A stretch of DNA of 64,000 nt from an uncultured Candidatus Saccharibacteria bacterium. Lineage in GTDB: Bacteria; Patescibacteriota; Minisyncoccia; 2-02-FULL-40-12; GWA2-44-9. The position numbers and the translations under genes were made by a program. Positions 9,237-19,897 of the stretch are shown here, in pieces; position 1 is the stretch's first letter, and each line of letters begins with the position of its first letter. The notes below the pieces were generated by a model. That model ran no database searches. It saw nothing but the letters and a program-made list of their open reading frames with translations, and was not told the DNA's origin. Location of the stretch: positions 19,004 to 83,003 of the forward strand of contig CAYHIK010000003.1 in assembly GCA_964356795.1 (NCBI GenBank). Direction: 5' to 3'.

Positions 9237-10601
9237 CTAGAGGAAGTCTGAATCAGTGTGTACGGTGTCGATCTCGGAGAACTCGAGGTTTTCTGGATTG
9301 ATATGGAAATCGATGTCTCCCGTGGGTCCATTGCGGTGCTTTGCAATCATGAGCTGGGCAAGATTCGAGCGACCCTCTTCTTGTGCACGTTGGAAGTTTA
9401 TTTTGTCTTCGCGATGGATAAACATAACAACGTCAGCATCTTGCTCGATGGATCCAGAGTCTCGAAGGTCGGAAAGTCGTGGTCTATTGCCTTCACGGTT
9501 CTCCACGGCACGGGAGAGCTGGGATAGTGCAATGACGGGGATTTGAAGTTCCTTTGCGAGCGCCTTTAGTCCGCGAGAGATTTCGGTAACCTGCTGGACG
9601 GGAGAGTCATAGTTGCGTCGCGCGCTCATTAATTGGAGGTAGTCCACGATGAGCAGGCCAAGTCCGTGCTCTGCTTTAAGGCGTCGTGCCATAGCGCGCA
9701 TCTGCATGACATTTAATCCAGGGGTGTCATCAATGAAGACAGGCATGTCGCGCAAAGAATCGATGGCATTTGTAATTTTGAGGAAATCATTATGCTCGCC
9801 CTCATGACTAAGTTTGCCCGTGCGAAGGCGCCAGAGTGAGGCTCGCGCTTTCGATGCAATAAGACGGTCGACGACTTGGTCGATACTCATCTCGAGACTG
9901 AAGATGCCCACCGGTACCTGGCGACTTGCAACGCGACTTGCGATATCGATAGCAAATGCTGTTTTACCAACCGAAGGTCGTGCTGCAAGAATGATGAGGT
10001 CTGATTTCTGGAATCCACCGAGCGTTGAGTCGAGCTTTGCGTGACCCGTTGCTGTCCCACGAAGCTGACCATCGTCTTGCGTTTGAATACGCTCCATAGC
10101 GCGATCAAGCTCTCCGGTGAGCGCGTCGAACTTATTGGTGAGTGTTTTCTGGGTGACGGCGAAGAGCTGTTGCTCGGCTTCACCGAGAATGGCATCTACA
10201 TCTTCATCTTCGCGATGGGCGAGTGATTGGAGCTGGTGTGATACATTGAGGAGGTCTCGAAGACTCTTTTTACGCTGAATGATGCGGGCATACGTTTGGA
10301 TGTGTGCGGCGGTGGGAACATCGCTTGCAAGCGATGTGAGGTAGACAACTCCTCCTGCGGCATCGAGGTTAGATGTATCGGACAGTCGTGTTCGAACTGA
10401 GAGGAGGTCAATATTTTCATGCTTCTCCCAGAGTTCGGTGATGGCATTCCAGATGAGCTGATTGCTTCGCTGGTAAAAATGATCGCCTTGTATCATATCA
10501 ACGACGCGGTTGATTGCTTCTCGATCAGTAAGGAGTGCGCCTAAAAGCGACTTTTCGGCATCGATATTCTGAGGGGGAAGTTTGTCTGATAATGAATTCA
10601 T
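9237..10601 (-). CDS. dnaB: Replicative DNA helicase DnaB
   Basis: PPQNIDAE, AARPSVGKT, FSLEMS, VDYLQLM, SDLRDSGSIEQDAD, AKHRNGPTG. Confidence 0.98.
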   Translation of the reverse strand: MNSLSDKLPPQNIDAEKSLLGALLTDREAINRVVDMIQGDHFYQRSNQLIWNAITELWEKHENIDLLSVRTRLSDTSNLDAAGGVVYLTSLASDVPTAAHIQTYARIIQRKKSLRDLLNVSHQLQSLAHREDEDVDAILGEAEQQLFAVTQKTLTNKFDALTGELDRAMERIQTQDDGQLRGTATGHAKLDSTLGGFQKSDLIILAARPSVGKTAFAIDIASRVASRQVPVGIFSLEMSIDQVVDRLIASKARASLWRLRTGKLSHEGEHNDFLKITNAIDSLRDMPVFIDDTPGLNVMQMRAMARRLKAEHGLGLLIVDYLQLMSARRNYDSPVQQVTEISRGLKALAKELQIPVIALSQLSRAVENREGNRPRLSDLRDSGSIEQDADVVMFIHREDKINFQRAQEEGRSNLAQLMIAKHRNGPTGDIDFHINPENLEFSEIDTVHTDSDFL

Positions 10602-10860
10602 CGCGCAGATTGATTTGCTGTTCCAGTATCCGCGAATCTACGCGAGCAGGCAAATTATAAAGTGGATTGCATGTGGAGATAGAGCGCCGGTGCAATACCA
10701 GCGATGTCTTGCAATAATAGAATTTTATGGTATGGTTTGCTCTCTCCGTATCCATGTTGTTCGTTGAAAACTTCCACTCATCGCTCTACGGGGTGCTAGG
10801 TGGAGCGCCTAGTTACGACTGGGCGTGCAGAAATGCGGCGAGATGCCGCGCGAGGTCATT

Positions 10861-12018
10861 ATGGCGTTGAAGATCGAATCTTGGGACACTCCTGAAGAGG
10901 TGCTTGGTCGGGTGCCCAGTGTTGCAGCATCGCTTGCCACGACACTACTGAATCGCTACAGCTTTGAAGAGCAGTACGAACTTCTGCGAAAGAAGGTTGG
11001 GCAAGCGATTTGTGCGAGTAGTGATGAAGGCGTTCAGGTGTTGCTTCACATCATACGGGAAGCGATGCGGGAATTTGTGACCAAGGTAAACGCTGCGCGA
11101 GCTGGCACGAAGGACTTCCTAAGTCCGGCGCAGATCCAGGCCGGCGTCGACTTCATGTATCGGTCCTACCTTTCCGAGTTGTTCTGGGAGCTCCCGAGCA
11201 GGCCGGGATACTCAGATGCTGGCAGGGTTTCTCTCATGGTGGACACAAAGGTTCGAATCTTCCGTGAATTGATTAGGGAGTGGACGTCAGCTTCGACACC
11301 GTCGAGTCGACATGCGTTTCGCCGTGCCATTGCGATGGGTTGGCCAGAGCAATCCATGAGCGAGCATCAGCGCCTCATCGAGGAAAGGGATCCGATCGAG
11401 TGCAAGGCCGTTGGGCGATTTGTGGGTGCCGAAGAACAAAAGCGGTACGTCGCCGTGGTTCGAGAGTGCCTAGGGTGCTTCGGTGTCTATCCATACAAAG
11501 GTGTGACTGCGGATAGCGTATTCGGTCCGTGGCTTGCGGAAAAGCATGTGCCAGGCGAGATTGAGGACCTCCTCGTGGTTGCGCGTGCGAAGGCGGGTGG
11601 AGTGGCTACTGCTCGTCGTGATATCGATTACGCGACACTCATGGATGGAATCTCTTCGAGCGGTGTCGCGATGTTGCGTTCGGTTGCTGGGTCGTTCCGG
11701 CGCTGGCAGACCGATGTGGACGCAGTGTTTGAGCGGATCACTAAGTTGTCGGCAGGCAATGACGATGAACTGAAATACCGGAAAAATCTGCAGCGCGAAT
11801 TCGACGTACTCGCTCCCGACTCAATTCGTATTCAGGTGTGTGCCGGATGGGAGCATCACGCAAGACTCTCGGCAATGCATCGTGATGCTCAAGCGGCCAT
11901 TGAGCACGTGAAGAGCGTCGGCATGCTCCGTGGATGTTCGGTCGAGCTGTGTGTGTACCTCAGGAATGATGAGTCCGCCTCAATCCGCGTGTTTTGGGAG
12001 AAAGAGACGGTCGAATGA
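10861..12018 (+). CDS. Hypothetical protein, 385 aa (orphan cassette)
   Basis: Long ORF, GAGG SD, upstream promoter, downstream terminator; no motif recognised. Confidence 0.75.
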   Translation: MALKIESWDTPEEVLGRVPSVAASLATTLLNRYSFEEQYELLRKKVGQAICASSDEGVQVLLHIIREAMREFVTKVNAARAGTKDFLSPAQIQAGVDFMYRSYLSELFWELPSRPGYSDAGRVSLMVDTKVRIFRELIREWTSASTPSSRHAFRRAIAMGWPEQSMSEHQRLIEERDPIECKAVGRFVGAEEQKRYVAVVRECLGCFGVYPYKGVTADSVFGPWLAEKHVPGEIEDLLVVARAKAGGVATARRDIDYATLMDGISSSGVAMLRSVAGSFRRWQTDVDAVFERITKLSAGNDDELKYRKNLQREFDVLAPDSIRIQVCAGWEHHARLSAMHRDAQAAIEHVKSVGMLRGCSVELCVYLRNDESASIRVFWEKETVE

Positions 12019-12021
12019 CGC

Positions 12022-12053
12022 AAGACCCCCGGGGATATCCGGGGGTCTTTTTT
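12022..12053 (+). terminator. Intrinsic terminator
   Basis: AAGACCCCCGG-GGATAT-CCGGGGGTCTT followed by T-run. Confidence 0.8.
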
Positions 12054-12113
12054 ATATTGAAAACGGGAAGTGGGGATGCTAGGATTGCAGAGCTCACTTA
12101 CGGGAGGTTGTCC

Positions 12114-12347
12114 ATGAGGTACATGGTAGAGTTTGAAAACGTGCATGATGGGTCTGCATTGGCACTCATCGGTCACCTGCGTGGTGTGGGCATCGAGTGC
12201 GAGGCAGAGAGCATTATTGGCATGGGTGCTGGGCGCGCTATCGTGCTCGCTCGATTTCCGAGAGAACGCGAGTCAGAAGTCCGATTGATTCCAGGTGTCG
12301 TGGAGATCTATGTGGACGCCGAACTTGAGCACTTCGAGCGTTTGTAG
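12114..12347 (+). CDS. Small protein, possibly peptidase-inhibitor I9/propeptide-like (orphan cassette)
   Basis: GGAGG SD, TTGAAA-17-TAGGAT promoter; RYMVEF...VRLIPGVVEIYVD pattern. Confidence 0.6.
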   Translation: MRYMVEFENVHDGSALALIGHLRGVGIECEAESIIGMGAGRAIVLARFPRERESEVRLIPGVVEIYVDAELEHFERL

Positions 12348-12384
12348 GCATCCCAGCGTGAAGTCCCGATTACTCGGGGCTTTT

Positions 12385-13776
12385 TTATACACGCTTCACG
12401 AGGGGGCCGTAGGGGGTGTCGTCTATGGAGTATCCGAGTTCAGAGAGTTGATCGCGGAGACTGTCGGATGTTGACCAATCTTTTTGATCTCGGGCGAGCT
12501 GACGCTCATCGATAATTGTTTGAATTTCGGGCGGGTGGCTGGTTGCGCCAGAGGGGATGATCCCAAATTGTTCTGATATCCACGAGAAGAACGAGCGGGC
12601 ATTTAGGATATCTGGTTCGTTCAGTGATGACGAGGTGATTGCACGGTTGAGTGAGTGAATGCAGTCAAAGATAGCGGCAAAGGCGGCGGCGGTATTGAAG
12701 TCTTCGTCCATTGCCCGCTCAACGGCGACACGCGCTTCGGTGATGAAGGAGGAGTTCTCTGGGGTCTCTGCGGGGGTAATCAGGGAGAGCTTGGAGAGCG
12801 TCTCGGAGATTCGTTGGATGGCTGCAGAAGCGGCCGAGAGGCCGGTGTCGGAAAAATCTAATGGCGCTCGGTAGTGATTCGAGAGTAGGTAGAACCGCAA
12901 CACGGCCGAATCGTATGTGGAGAGCAATGCATGCAGCGTCGCGAAGTTGCCGAGTGATTTCGACATCTTCTCTTGTTTCATCTCAAGGAATCCTGCGTGC
13001 ATCCAGTATTGTACAAAGGGCACCTTGCCTGATGCGGCTTCTTGTTGGGCGATTTCTGCCTCGTGGTGGGGGAATTTCAAATCCATGCCACCGCCATGGA
13101 TGTCGTATTGTGGTCCGAAATAATGTTCCGTAATCGCGGTGTCTTCGATGTGCCACCCTGGTCGGCCTGCACCGAGCTCGGCATCTTCCCAGACCGGCTC
13201 GCTTGGCTTTGAGAGTTTCCAGACGCAAAAATCTCCCCGATTGCGTTTGTGTTCATTTTCATCGATGCGCGAGACTGCATCATTTGCCTGAAGGCCGGTT
13301 CTGCCGGAGAGTTTTCCATAATCGGGGAATGTGGTGAGATCAAAGTACCACCCGTCTCCTTCTATGAGGTAGACATTACTATTCTTGATGAGTGCCTTGA
13401 TCTGAGTGAGCACCTGCGGGATGTGATCAGATGCTCGCGCGTATTGGGATACCGATGTGTTGCCGAGTGCCTGCATGTCTTCGCGGAAAGCGACGTCGTA
13501 TTGCTGGGCGTATGCAAGCGGAGGGACGCCTTGCTCGGCGGCGCGTGCGATAATTCGATCATCGACGTCGGTGATATTTTGGATATAGGTTACATCAAAT
13601 TCGCGATACCTGAGCCAGCGAGCGACGACATCAAAAAAGGTAAAGGTGCGCGCATTTCCGATGTGAACGCGGTCGTACACTGTGGGTCCACAGACGAACA
13701 TGTCGATATGCTTGGGCGCGCGTGGCACGAGCTCTTCGGTTCTGCGTGTGAGTGAGTTGTAGAGTCGAATTGCCAT
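12385..13776 (-). CDS. cysS: Cysteine--tRNA ligase
   Basis: CGPTVYD, HIGN, GRPGWHIE, DIHGGG.DL.FPHHE, KMSKS. Confidence 0.98.
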   Translation of the reverse strand: MAIRLYNSLTRRTEELVPRAPKHIDMFVCGPTVYDRVHIGNARTFTFFDVVARWLRYREFDVTYIQNITDVDDRIIARAAEQGVPPLAYAQQYDVAFREDMQALGNTSVSQYARASDHIPQVLTQIKALIKNSNVYLIEGDGWYFDLTTFPDYGKLSGRTGLQANDAVSRIDENEHKRNRGDFCVWKLSKPSEPVWEDAELGAGRPGWHIEDTAITEHYFGPQYDIHGGGMDLKFPHHEAEIAQQEAASGKVPFVQYWMHAGFLEMKQEKMSKSLGNFATLHALLSTYDSAVLRFYLLSNHYRAPLDFSDTGLSAASAAIQRISETLSKLSLITPAETPENSSFITEARVAVERAMDEDFNTAAAFAAIFDCIHSLNRAITSSSLNEPDILNARSFFSWISEQFGIIPSGATSHPPEIQTIIDERQLARDQKDWSTSDSLRDQLSELGYSIDDTPYGPLVKRV

Positions 13777-13779
13777 AGG

Positions 13780-15045
13780 CTAGGAAAATATCACGAACAC
13801 AGTTCCGGTCAACAAGAAGAACATGGCGACGACACCGAGGGTGTGCACGGGAAGCGTGGATTGATGGGGCCCGACAATGTTTGGGTTGCGCGCCATGTGG
13901 GCAACGAGTCCGATGAGAAATGGCGAACTAATACCCATCACCAGCGCCGACCAAAAGAGTGCCTGAATAGGGGTAATTCCGAGGAATGATACGACGAGGC
14001 TTACTGCAACGGACCCAATCATGACGAGGTAGAATGGGCGTGCGCGATGAAATGGCTGATCGATGCTTGCGGTCCATCCCATCATTTCAGAAAGTGCGTA
14101 GGCGGCGGAGCCAGCGAGCACGGGGATTGCAAGAAGTCCCGAGCTGATGAGGCCGAGCGCAAAGAGGTAGTAGGAGTATCTCCCAGCAAGTGGCTCAAGG
14201 GCGACTGCGACGTCGTGGAGTGATGTGATGTCAGCGCCACTCCCTGCGGCCCAAATCATAGACGCAGTCAGTGAGACTATAAAGAAAGAGACGAGGTTGG
14301 ACGCAATCATTCCAATGCGTGTGTCGAGGTCGAGGTTCGCAAGTACGCCACGGCCGAGGGGGCGGAACTTACATACACGGATTCTGGGTCGATCTAATTT
14401 TATTTCCTCAGCTTCTTGTGAGGCCTGCCAAAAGTAGAGATAGGGAGACAGTGTTGTGCCTAGCATGGCGAACGCAGTCAAGATGAAATCCCGAGAGAAG
14501 GAAAATGACGGAACAAGCGTCCCCCAGAGGATGGAGAGCCAGTGGGGCCGCGCGAGGATGAGCGCGAAGGCGTATACAAAAAGCGACAACGCAAACCATT
14601 TGAAGACGCGCTCGATGGTGCGGTAGGGGAGGTAGATAACAAGGCCAATGACTACAATAGAAACGCACACCGCGACAAGCTGAATTGAAGCTGAGGGGAT
14701 GATGAGTTGTATCGCGCCCGCCATGCCGTAAATATCCGCGCCGACGTTGAGTGTATTGGCGATAACAATTGAGCCGACGGCAAGTGCGAGAATCCATCCT
14801 GGGTAATGTTTGCGAATGTTGCCAGCGAGGCCGCACCCCGAGAGTGCACCAATGCGCGCACACATGTTTTGGATTGCAATCATAAACGGAAGAATCCAAA
14901 GGAGAACCCACGAAAGTCCAAAACCAAAACGTGCGCCTGCGATGGCGTAGGTTGCAATGGCGGAGGGGTCGTTGTCAGCGGCTCCTGTCACGAGGCCGGG
15001 GCCTAGTGAGCGCCAAAAGCTGGCAATGCGTGCGCTTAATTTCAT
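13780..15045 (-). CDS. NRAMP-family divalent metal transporter
   Basis: LGPGLVTGAADNDPS, GTTLSPYL, multiple TMs. Confidence 0.9.
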   Translation of the reverse strand: MKLSARIASFWRSLGPGLVTGAADNDPSAIATYAIAGARFGFGLSWVLLWILPFMIAIQNMCARIGALSGCGLAGNIRKHYPGWILALAVGSIVIANTLNVGADIYGMAGAIQLIIPSASIQLVAVCVSIVVIGLVIYLPYRTIERVFKWFALSLFVYAFALILARPHWLSILWGTLVPSFSFSRDFILTAFAMLGTTLSPYLYFWQASQEAEEIKLDRPRIRVCKFRPLGRGVLANLDLDTRIGMIASNLVSFFIVSLTASMIWAAGSGADITSLHDVAVALEPLAGRYSYYLFALGLISSGLLAIPVLAGSAAYALSEMMGWTASIDQPFHRARPFYLVMIGSVAVSLVVSFLGITPIQALFWSALVMGISSPFLIGLVAHMARNPNIVGPHQSTLPVHTLGVVAMFFLLTGTVFVIFS

Positions 15046-15112
15046 GCAGAATAAGTATATCATGCATTGCATGTGTGGGGAGTTTCTCGAGGGAGCTAGG
15101 GCGTGTGGATAA

Positions 15113-15139
15113 TTGGCACTCTTGACGTAGGAGTGCCAA
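15113..15139 (+). promoter_or_regulatory. CIRCE operator (HrcA site) overlapping the hrcA promoter
   Basis: TTGGCACTC-N9-GAGTGCCAA; TTGACG (15122) -17- TAGACT (15145). Confidence 0.9.
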
Positions 15140-15156
15140 TTATATAGACTGGCACT

Positions 15157-15921
15157 ATGGTCATCAGATTGCTAACACCGCGCCAGCATCAATTATTGTG
15201 GCGGGTCATAGACCAACACATTGAGACGGGAGAGCCCGTGTCGAGCAAAGCCATTGAATCAAGTGGCCATTTTGATGTGCGGTCAGCTACTATCCGAAAT
15301 GAAATGTCGGATTTAGAAGATATGGGATTTTTGGAGCAACTCCATACGTCTGGCGGACGCGTGCCGACGGCACTCGCGTTCCGATTGTATGTGAATGATC
15401 TGATAGCAGTTGAGGGGGTTACCCTCGGACAGTCTGTTCGGTCTCGCGTTGACGAGGCGCTCAACGATACCGATTTGCGGGATGCAGACGCACTTAATCG
15501 CACGCTCGCAAGACAAATTGGACAGATATCGGGCAATCTGGTCATCGCGAATACGTCAGAACGGCAAGATGCGTATAAGTTCGGACTTTCAAATCTAATA
15601 TCGATTCCTGAATTTCGTGAAATGGACCGCCTCATGGGACTCACAGATTTTTTTGATCATTTTGAATCCATGTATGCCCGGATGCATCGCCAGATGTGGC
15701 AACAGGAAGAAGGGGATGTGAAGGTGATGATTGGATCAGAAAATCCACTTCGTCAGATACAGGATGAGGCAGTCATTGTCGCACGATATCGGTTGCCACG
15801 AGGTCGCGAGGGGACGCTTACTCTGGTGGGCCCGATGTGCATGGATTACCGAAAGAATCTTGGTCTCATGACGTACGCAGCGCAGATTGCAAACAGAATA
15901 ACCGATAGCATTCGAAATTAA
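15157..15921 (+). CDS. hrcA: Heat-inducible repressor HrcA (short form)
   Basis: GEPVSS, SATIRNEMSDLE, HTSGGRVPT, VGP..MDY; CIRCE upstream. Confidence 0.93.
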   Translation: MVIRLLTPRQHQLLWRVIDQHIETGEPVSSKAIESSGHFDVRSATIRNEMSDLEDMGFLEQLHTSGGRVPTALAFRLYVNDLIAVEGVTLGQSVRSRVDEALNDTDLRDADALNRTLARQIGQISGNLVIANTSERQDAYKFGLSNLISIPEFREMDRLMGLTDFFDHFESMYARMHRQMWQQEEGDVKVMIGSENPLRQIQDEAVIVARYRLPRGREGTLTLVGPMCMDYRKNLGLMTYAAQIANRITDSIRN

Positions 15922-15922
15922 T

Positions 15923-16372
15923 ATGAAAAACGAACCACATCACGAAGAGTCCGAGGTCCCGATGGTTGAAAAAGAGAAGTATATGCGTCTTGCCGCCGAT
16001 GTAGAGAATCTTCGTAAGGCACAGGCCGCCGCCGCCACGGAGCTGTCGAAGTGGGCCGCACAATCGGTCATTACCGATATGCTCGAGCTTGCTGACGCAG
16101 TCGACATCACATTAGCGCACGCACCACCGGAGGTGATAGGGAGTGCGTGGTGCCTCGGACTGGAGCAAGTATCGAAGCAGTTCTTAGAAAAAATGAAACG
16201 ATATGGAGTAAGTAAAATTGAAACGGTTGGGCATGTATTCAACCCTGTGACGATGGAGGCAGTACAGATGGTGCCCGGAGGCGAAAGTCATCATGTGAAG
16301 GAAGAGGTGCTCTCAGGATATCTGATGCATGAGCGAGTTCTTCGGCCAGCTCGGGTCATTTTGTACGAATAG
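15923..16372 (+). CDS. grpE: Nucleotide exchange factor GrpE
   Basis: [16 protein letters not shown]...[14 protein letters not shown]. Confidence 0.93.
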   Translation: MKNEPHHEESEVPMVEKEKYMRLAADVENLRKAQAAAATELSKWAAQSVITDMLELADAVDITLAHAPPEVIGSAWCLGLEQVSKQFLEKMKRYGVSKIETVGHVFNPVTMEAVQMVPGGESHHVKEEVLSGYLMHERVLRPARVILYE

Positions 16373-16391
16373 TATAACGAATAATAACACT

Positions 16392-18272
16392 ATGAATCAC
16401 ATACTCGGTATCGATTTAGGAACAACGAATTCGGCGATGGCAGTTGTTGAGGGTGGTCAGCCACGAATACTAGAGAATGCAGAGGGTGTTCGCACGACGC
16501 CGTCCATTGTGGCGCTCGGCAAGAATGGCGAGCGATATACGGGCGTTACGGCGAAGCGCCAAGCGGTTACGAATCACGCGAATACACTCTTTTCTGTGAA
16601 GCGTCTTATCGGGCGCCGCTGGCAAGATGAAGAGGTCCAGCGCGACTTGAAGTTGCTACCCTACGAAATTCGCAAAGGAAATGGCGATTCTGTTGAGGTG
16701 AAGATGGGTGACAAGTGGTACAAGCCCGCTGAGATTTCAGCTATGGTGCTCGCGAAGCTTAAAGCTGATGCAGAGGCGAAGTTGGGCACAAAAATAACCG
16801 AAGCGATTATCACGGTGCCCGCATACTTTGACGACTCTCAACGTCAGGCAACGAAAGACGCAGGCGAAATCGCGGGTCTCACAGTGAAGCGCGTGATTAA
16901 CGAACCAACAGCTGCGGCGCTCGCCTATGGATTCAACAAAAAGAAAGACGAGAAAATTGTCGTGTACGATTTCGGAGGCGGGACGTTCGACATTTCGGTG
17001 CTCGAAGTATCAGCAGATACAATTGAAGTGAAGGCAACGGGCGGAGATACGCATCTTGGCGGTGATGATGTCGATCAAAAGATTATCGACTACTTCGCAT
17101 CCGAGTTCAAAAAGGACCAAGGCGTCGATATCTCGAAGGACCAGCTTGCGCTCCAGCGTTTGAAAGATGCGGCTGAGAAGGCGAAGCATGAGCTTTCAAG
17201 TACCACGCAGACTGATGTTAATATTCCATTCCTTACGGCTGACACGTCTGGCCCAAAGCATTTCAGTTTGAGCTTCGGTCGCGCAAAGCTTGAGGAGCTC
17301 ACGAAGGATCTCATCGATCGCTCGATTTCACTCACGAAGAAGGCGGTGGCTGATGCTGGTCTCTCGTTCTCCGATATCAACGAAGTCGTGATGGTTGGTG
17401 GGCAGACCCGCATGCCTGCAATTGTGGAGGCAGTGAAGGCGCTGTTCGGAAAGGAGCCGCACCGCGACATTAATCCTGATGAAGTTGTTGCGATGGGCGC
17501 GGCGCTTCAGGGTGCGATTATGCGGGGAGATGTGCACGACGTGCTCTTGCTCGACGTGACGCCATTGACGCTTAGTATCGAGACGCTCGGTAGTGTCTCG
17601 ACTCCGATGATTGAAAAGAACACAACGGTGCCAACAAGTAAGTCGCAAACGTTTAGCACCGCAGCGGATAATCAGCCGTCAGTAACAATTCGAGTATCAC
17701 AGGGCGAGCGCCCGATGTTCGGTGATAATAAATTCTTGGGCGAGTTTAATCTCGATGGTATCCCACCGGCTCCACGCGGTATTCCGCAGATCGAAGTGAC
17801 ATTCGACATCGATGCAAATGGAATTCTCCATGTGAAGGCGCGCGACAAGGGCACTGGCAAGGAGCACTCAATTCGTATCGAGGGTTCCTCGGGTCTTTCG
17901 AAAGAAGAAAAGGAGCGCATGGTACGCGAAGCCGCTGAGCATGCAGCAGAAGATGCAACAAAGAAAGAAGCGGCTGATACTAAGAATGCTGCCGAAACGC
18001 TTGTGTGGACGACGGAAAAGATGCTGCACGAGAACAAGGATAAGGTAAAGGAGGATGATGTGAAAAATCTCGAGGCGAATATTCAAGAGGTGAAGACTGC
18101 ACTTCAGGGCTCGGACTTGGCGGCCATTAATGCAAAATCTGAGCAGTTGAGTGCCGCTGCGCAAAAGGTGGGCGCGGCACTTTATCAGGCATCTCAGGAG
18201 GCGAAGCCAAAAGAAGGCGAGCAGGCTGCGACGGAGGCGCCAGCAGAAGAGGTGAAGCCGGAAGAGAGGTAG
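16392..18272 (+). CDS. dnaK: Chaperone DnaK
   Basis: [41 protein letters not shown]. Confidence 0.99.
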   Translation: MNHILGIDLGTTNSAMAVVEGGQPRILENAEGVRTTPSIVALGKNGERYTGVTAKRQAVTNHANTLFSVKRLIGRRWQDEEVQRDLKLLPYEIRKGNGDSVEVKMGDKWYKPAEISAMVLAKLKADAEAKLGTKITEAIITVPAYFDDSQRQATKDAGEIAGLTVKRVINEPTAAALAYGFNKKKDEKIVVYDFGGGTFDISVLEVSADTIEVKATGGDTHLGGDDVDQKIIDYFASEFKKDQGVDISKDQLALQRLKDAAEKAKHELSSTTQTDVNIPFLTADTSGPKHFSLSFGRAKLEELTKDLIDRSISLTKKAVADAGLSFSDINEVVMVGGQTRMPAIVEAVKALFGKEPHRDINPDEVVAMGAALQGAIMRGDVHDVLLLDVTPLTLSIETLGSVSTPMIEKNTTVPTSKSQTFSTAADNQPSVTIRVSQGERPMFGDNKFLGEFNLDGIPPAPRGIPQIEVTFDIDANGILHVKARDKGTGKEHSIRIEGSSGLSKEEKERMVREAAEHAAEDATKKEAADTKNAAETLVWTTEKMLHENKDKVKEDDVKNLEANIQEVKTALQGSDLAAINAKSEQLSAAAQKVGAALYQASQEAKPKEGEQAATEAPAEEVKPEER

Positions 18273-18314
18273 CGTGGCCTCTCCGAAAAGGGTGAAACGT
18301 GATACATTACGTGC

Positions 18315-19115
18315 ATGAATACCATTGCGTATAAGAAGATTGGCATCATCGGATTTACTGTTTTTGTGGTAAGTCTCGTTTGGGCTACTTCACGGCCTTG
18401 GCTTGCGAGCCCGTTGCAATGGGATGGCATCACAACGATTCTTTGGCCGTCGTTGGCGCTTATCGTTGCTTCCGCAACCGTTGCCATCTCGTGGATGCTC
18501 CTTGAGCGTACCGTTGAGCGTGTGGCCGTCATTTTGGCCTCCTGGGCGACGTTTATCCTCTTTTGGAGCCCTGATATCTGGTACCTCACCGCCCTGCCTG
18601 TATTCGGCCTTTTATGGCTCGAATCGTCTCGGAGGGTTACGAATGACGTCGGAGACCGTCGAAGGCTTCGAATCTCGACCTCACTCGGCGCGGGGCTCTC
18701 GCCACTCCTTCTCGGAATGTTCCTTATGGTTTCATTTGGATTTTACCTTCTCCCATCGAATAAAAACGTTGGCGCGAACGATGTGAGCATTGGAATACAG
18801 AAGCAGTTGGAATCAGTGTACGATCAGCCGATGGTTGAGCGTCAGCTATCGCAGTTTCCGGCCGCAATGCAGTCGCAGGTAAAGCGAGATATCGCAAAGG
18901 TCGTCGACGAGAATGTACAGCGCTTTGTTGGTCCGCTGGGGCCGTTTATTCCCCCTATGCTCGCCTTTGGATTATTCCTCATTCTCTGGTCGGTGATGTT
19001 TATCTTCCGTGAATTGAGTATCTGGATGGGCGTGGCCATCTTCTCCATCCTCAAGACCGTCGGATTCGTACGTGTAGGAACGAAAGATGTTCAGGCTCAG
19101 ATTATTGAACTATAG
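18315..19115 (+). CDS. Hypothetical polytopic membrane protein
   Basis: Several TM segments; TACATT 6 nt before ATG. Confidence 0.8.
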   Translation: MNTIAYKKIGIIGFTVFVVSLVWATSRPWLASPLQWDGITTILWPSLALIVASATVAISWMLLERTVERVAVILASWATFILFWSPDIWYLTALPVFGLLWLESSRRVTNDVGDRRRLRISTSLGAGLSPLLLGMFLMVSFGFYLLPSNKNVGANDVSIGIQKQLESVYDQPMVERQLSQFPAAMQSQVKRDIAKVVDENVQRFVGPLGPFIPPMLAFGLFLILWSVMFIFRELSIWMGVAIFSILKTVGFVRVGTKDVQAQIIEL

Positions 19116-19117
19116 CA

Positions 19118-19897
19118 ATGCCGACAGATCCCTACGCCACACTTGGCGTGTCGCGTGATGCGAACGCTGATGAAATAAAAAAGGCATACCGCAAACTTGC
19201 GCATCAATATCACCCCGACAAGAAGGGTGGTAATGAGGCGAAATTCAAAGAGGTTAACGAGGCCTATCAGATTTTAGGCGACTCGGGAAAGAAGGCGCAG
19301 TACGATAGGTTTGGCCACGCGTCATCCCAGGGCGGATTTGGCGGTGCGGGTGGAGGGCAGTATCAAGATTTCGGTTTTGATTTCGGGGGAGGTGGAGGTG
19401 GGGCTGGATTTGAACACATTTTTGATATGTTTTCTGGGGGATTCGGAGGCGGGGCCCGTCAGAAGCCCGAAAAGGGCGAGGATCTTCAGCTTGCCGTTCA
19501 GGTGGCATCGAAAGATTTAGGTAAAAAGAAAGTATACGAATTCGAGGCGTTCATAGCGTGTGAGGGGTGCGATGGCACTGGTGCGCTTGATGGGAAGCTC
19601 AAGGTGTGTGTAGACTGCAAGGGGCAGGGGCGCGTTCAGCAGGCCGTCCGCACTCCGCTTGGCACATTTGCACAGGTTGTGCTGTGTCGTACCTGTGGCG
19701 GTGACGGCGAGATTGCCGAACACTCCTGCCGTACATGTAGTGGTACTGGGAGGGTTAAATCAAAGCGTACGCTCGAGGTTCATATCCCTACGAGCATCCA
19801 AGATCGATACCTCATCGTGTTTCCACAGCAAGGGAATGCCGGGGCTCAGGGCACACCGCCTGGCGACCTCATGATTACATTACGGGTAACGACATAG
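19118..19897 (+). CDS. dnaJ: DnaJ chaperone, C-terminally short
   Basis: J domain with HPD, G/F region, four CxxCxGxG repeats, ends just after GDL. Confidence 0.92.
   Translation: MPTDPYATLGVSRDANADEIKKAYRKLAHQYHPDKKGGNEAKFKEVNEAYQILGDSGKKAQYDRFGHASSQGGFGGAGGGQYQDFGFDFGGGGGGAGFEHIFDMFSGGFGGGARQKPEKGEDLQLAVQVASKDLGKKKVYEFEAFIACEGCDGTGALDGKLKVCVDCKGQGRVQQAVRTPLGTFAQVVLCRTCGGDGEIAEHSCRTCSGTGRVKSKRTLEVHIPTSIQDRYLIVFPQQGNAGAQGTPPGDLMITLRVTT

Noticed and set aside
15104-15112. Replication origin at the DnaA box
   Set aside because: Single box in a short intergenic region, with no box cluster, unwinding element or dnaA/dnaN nearby
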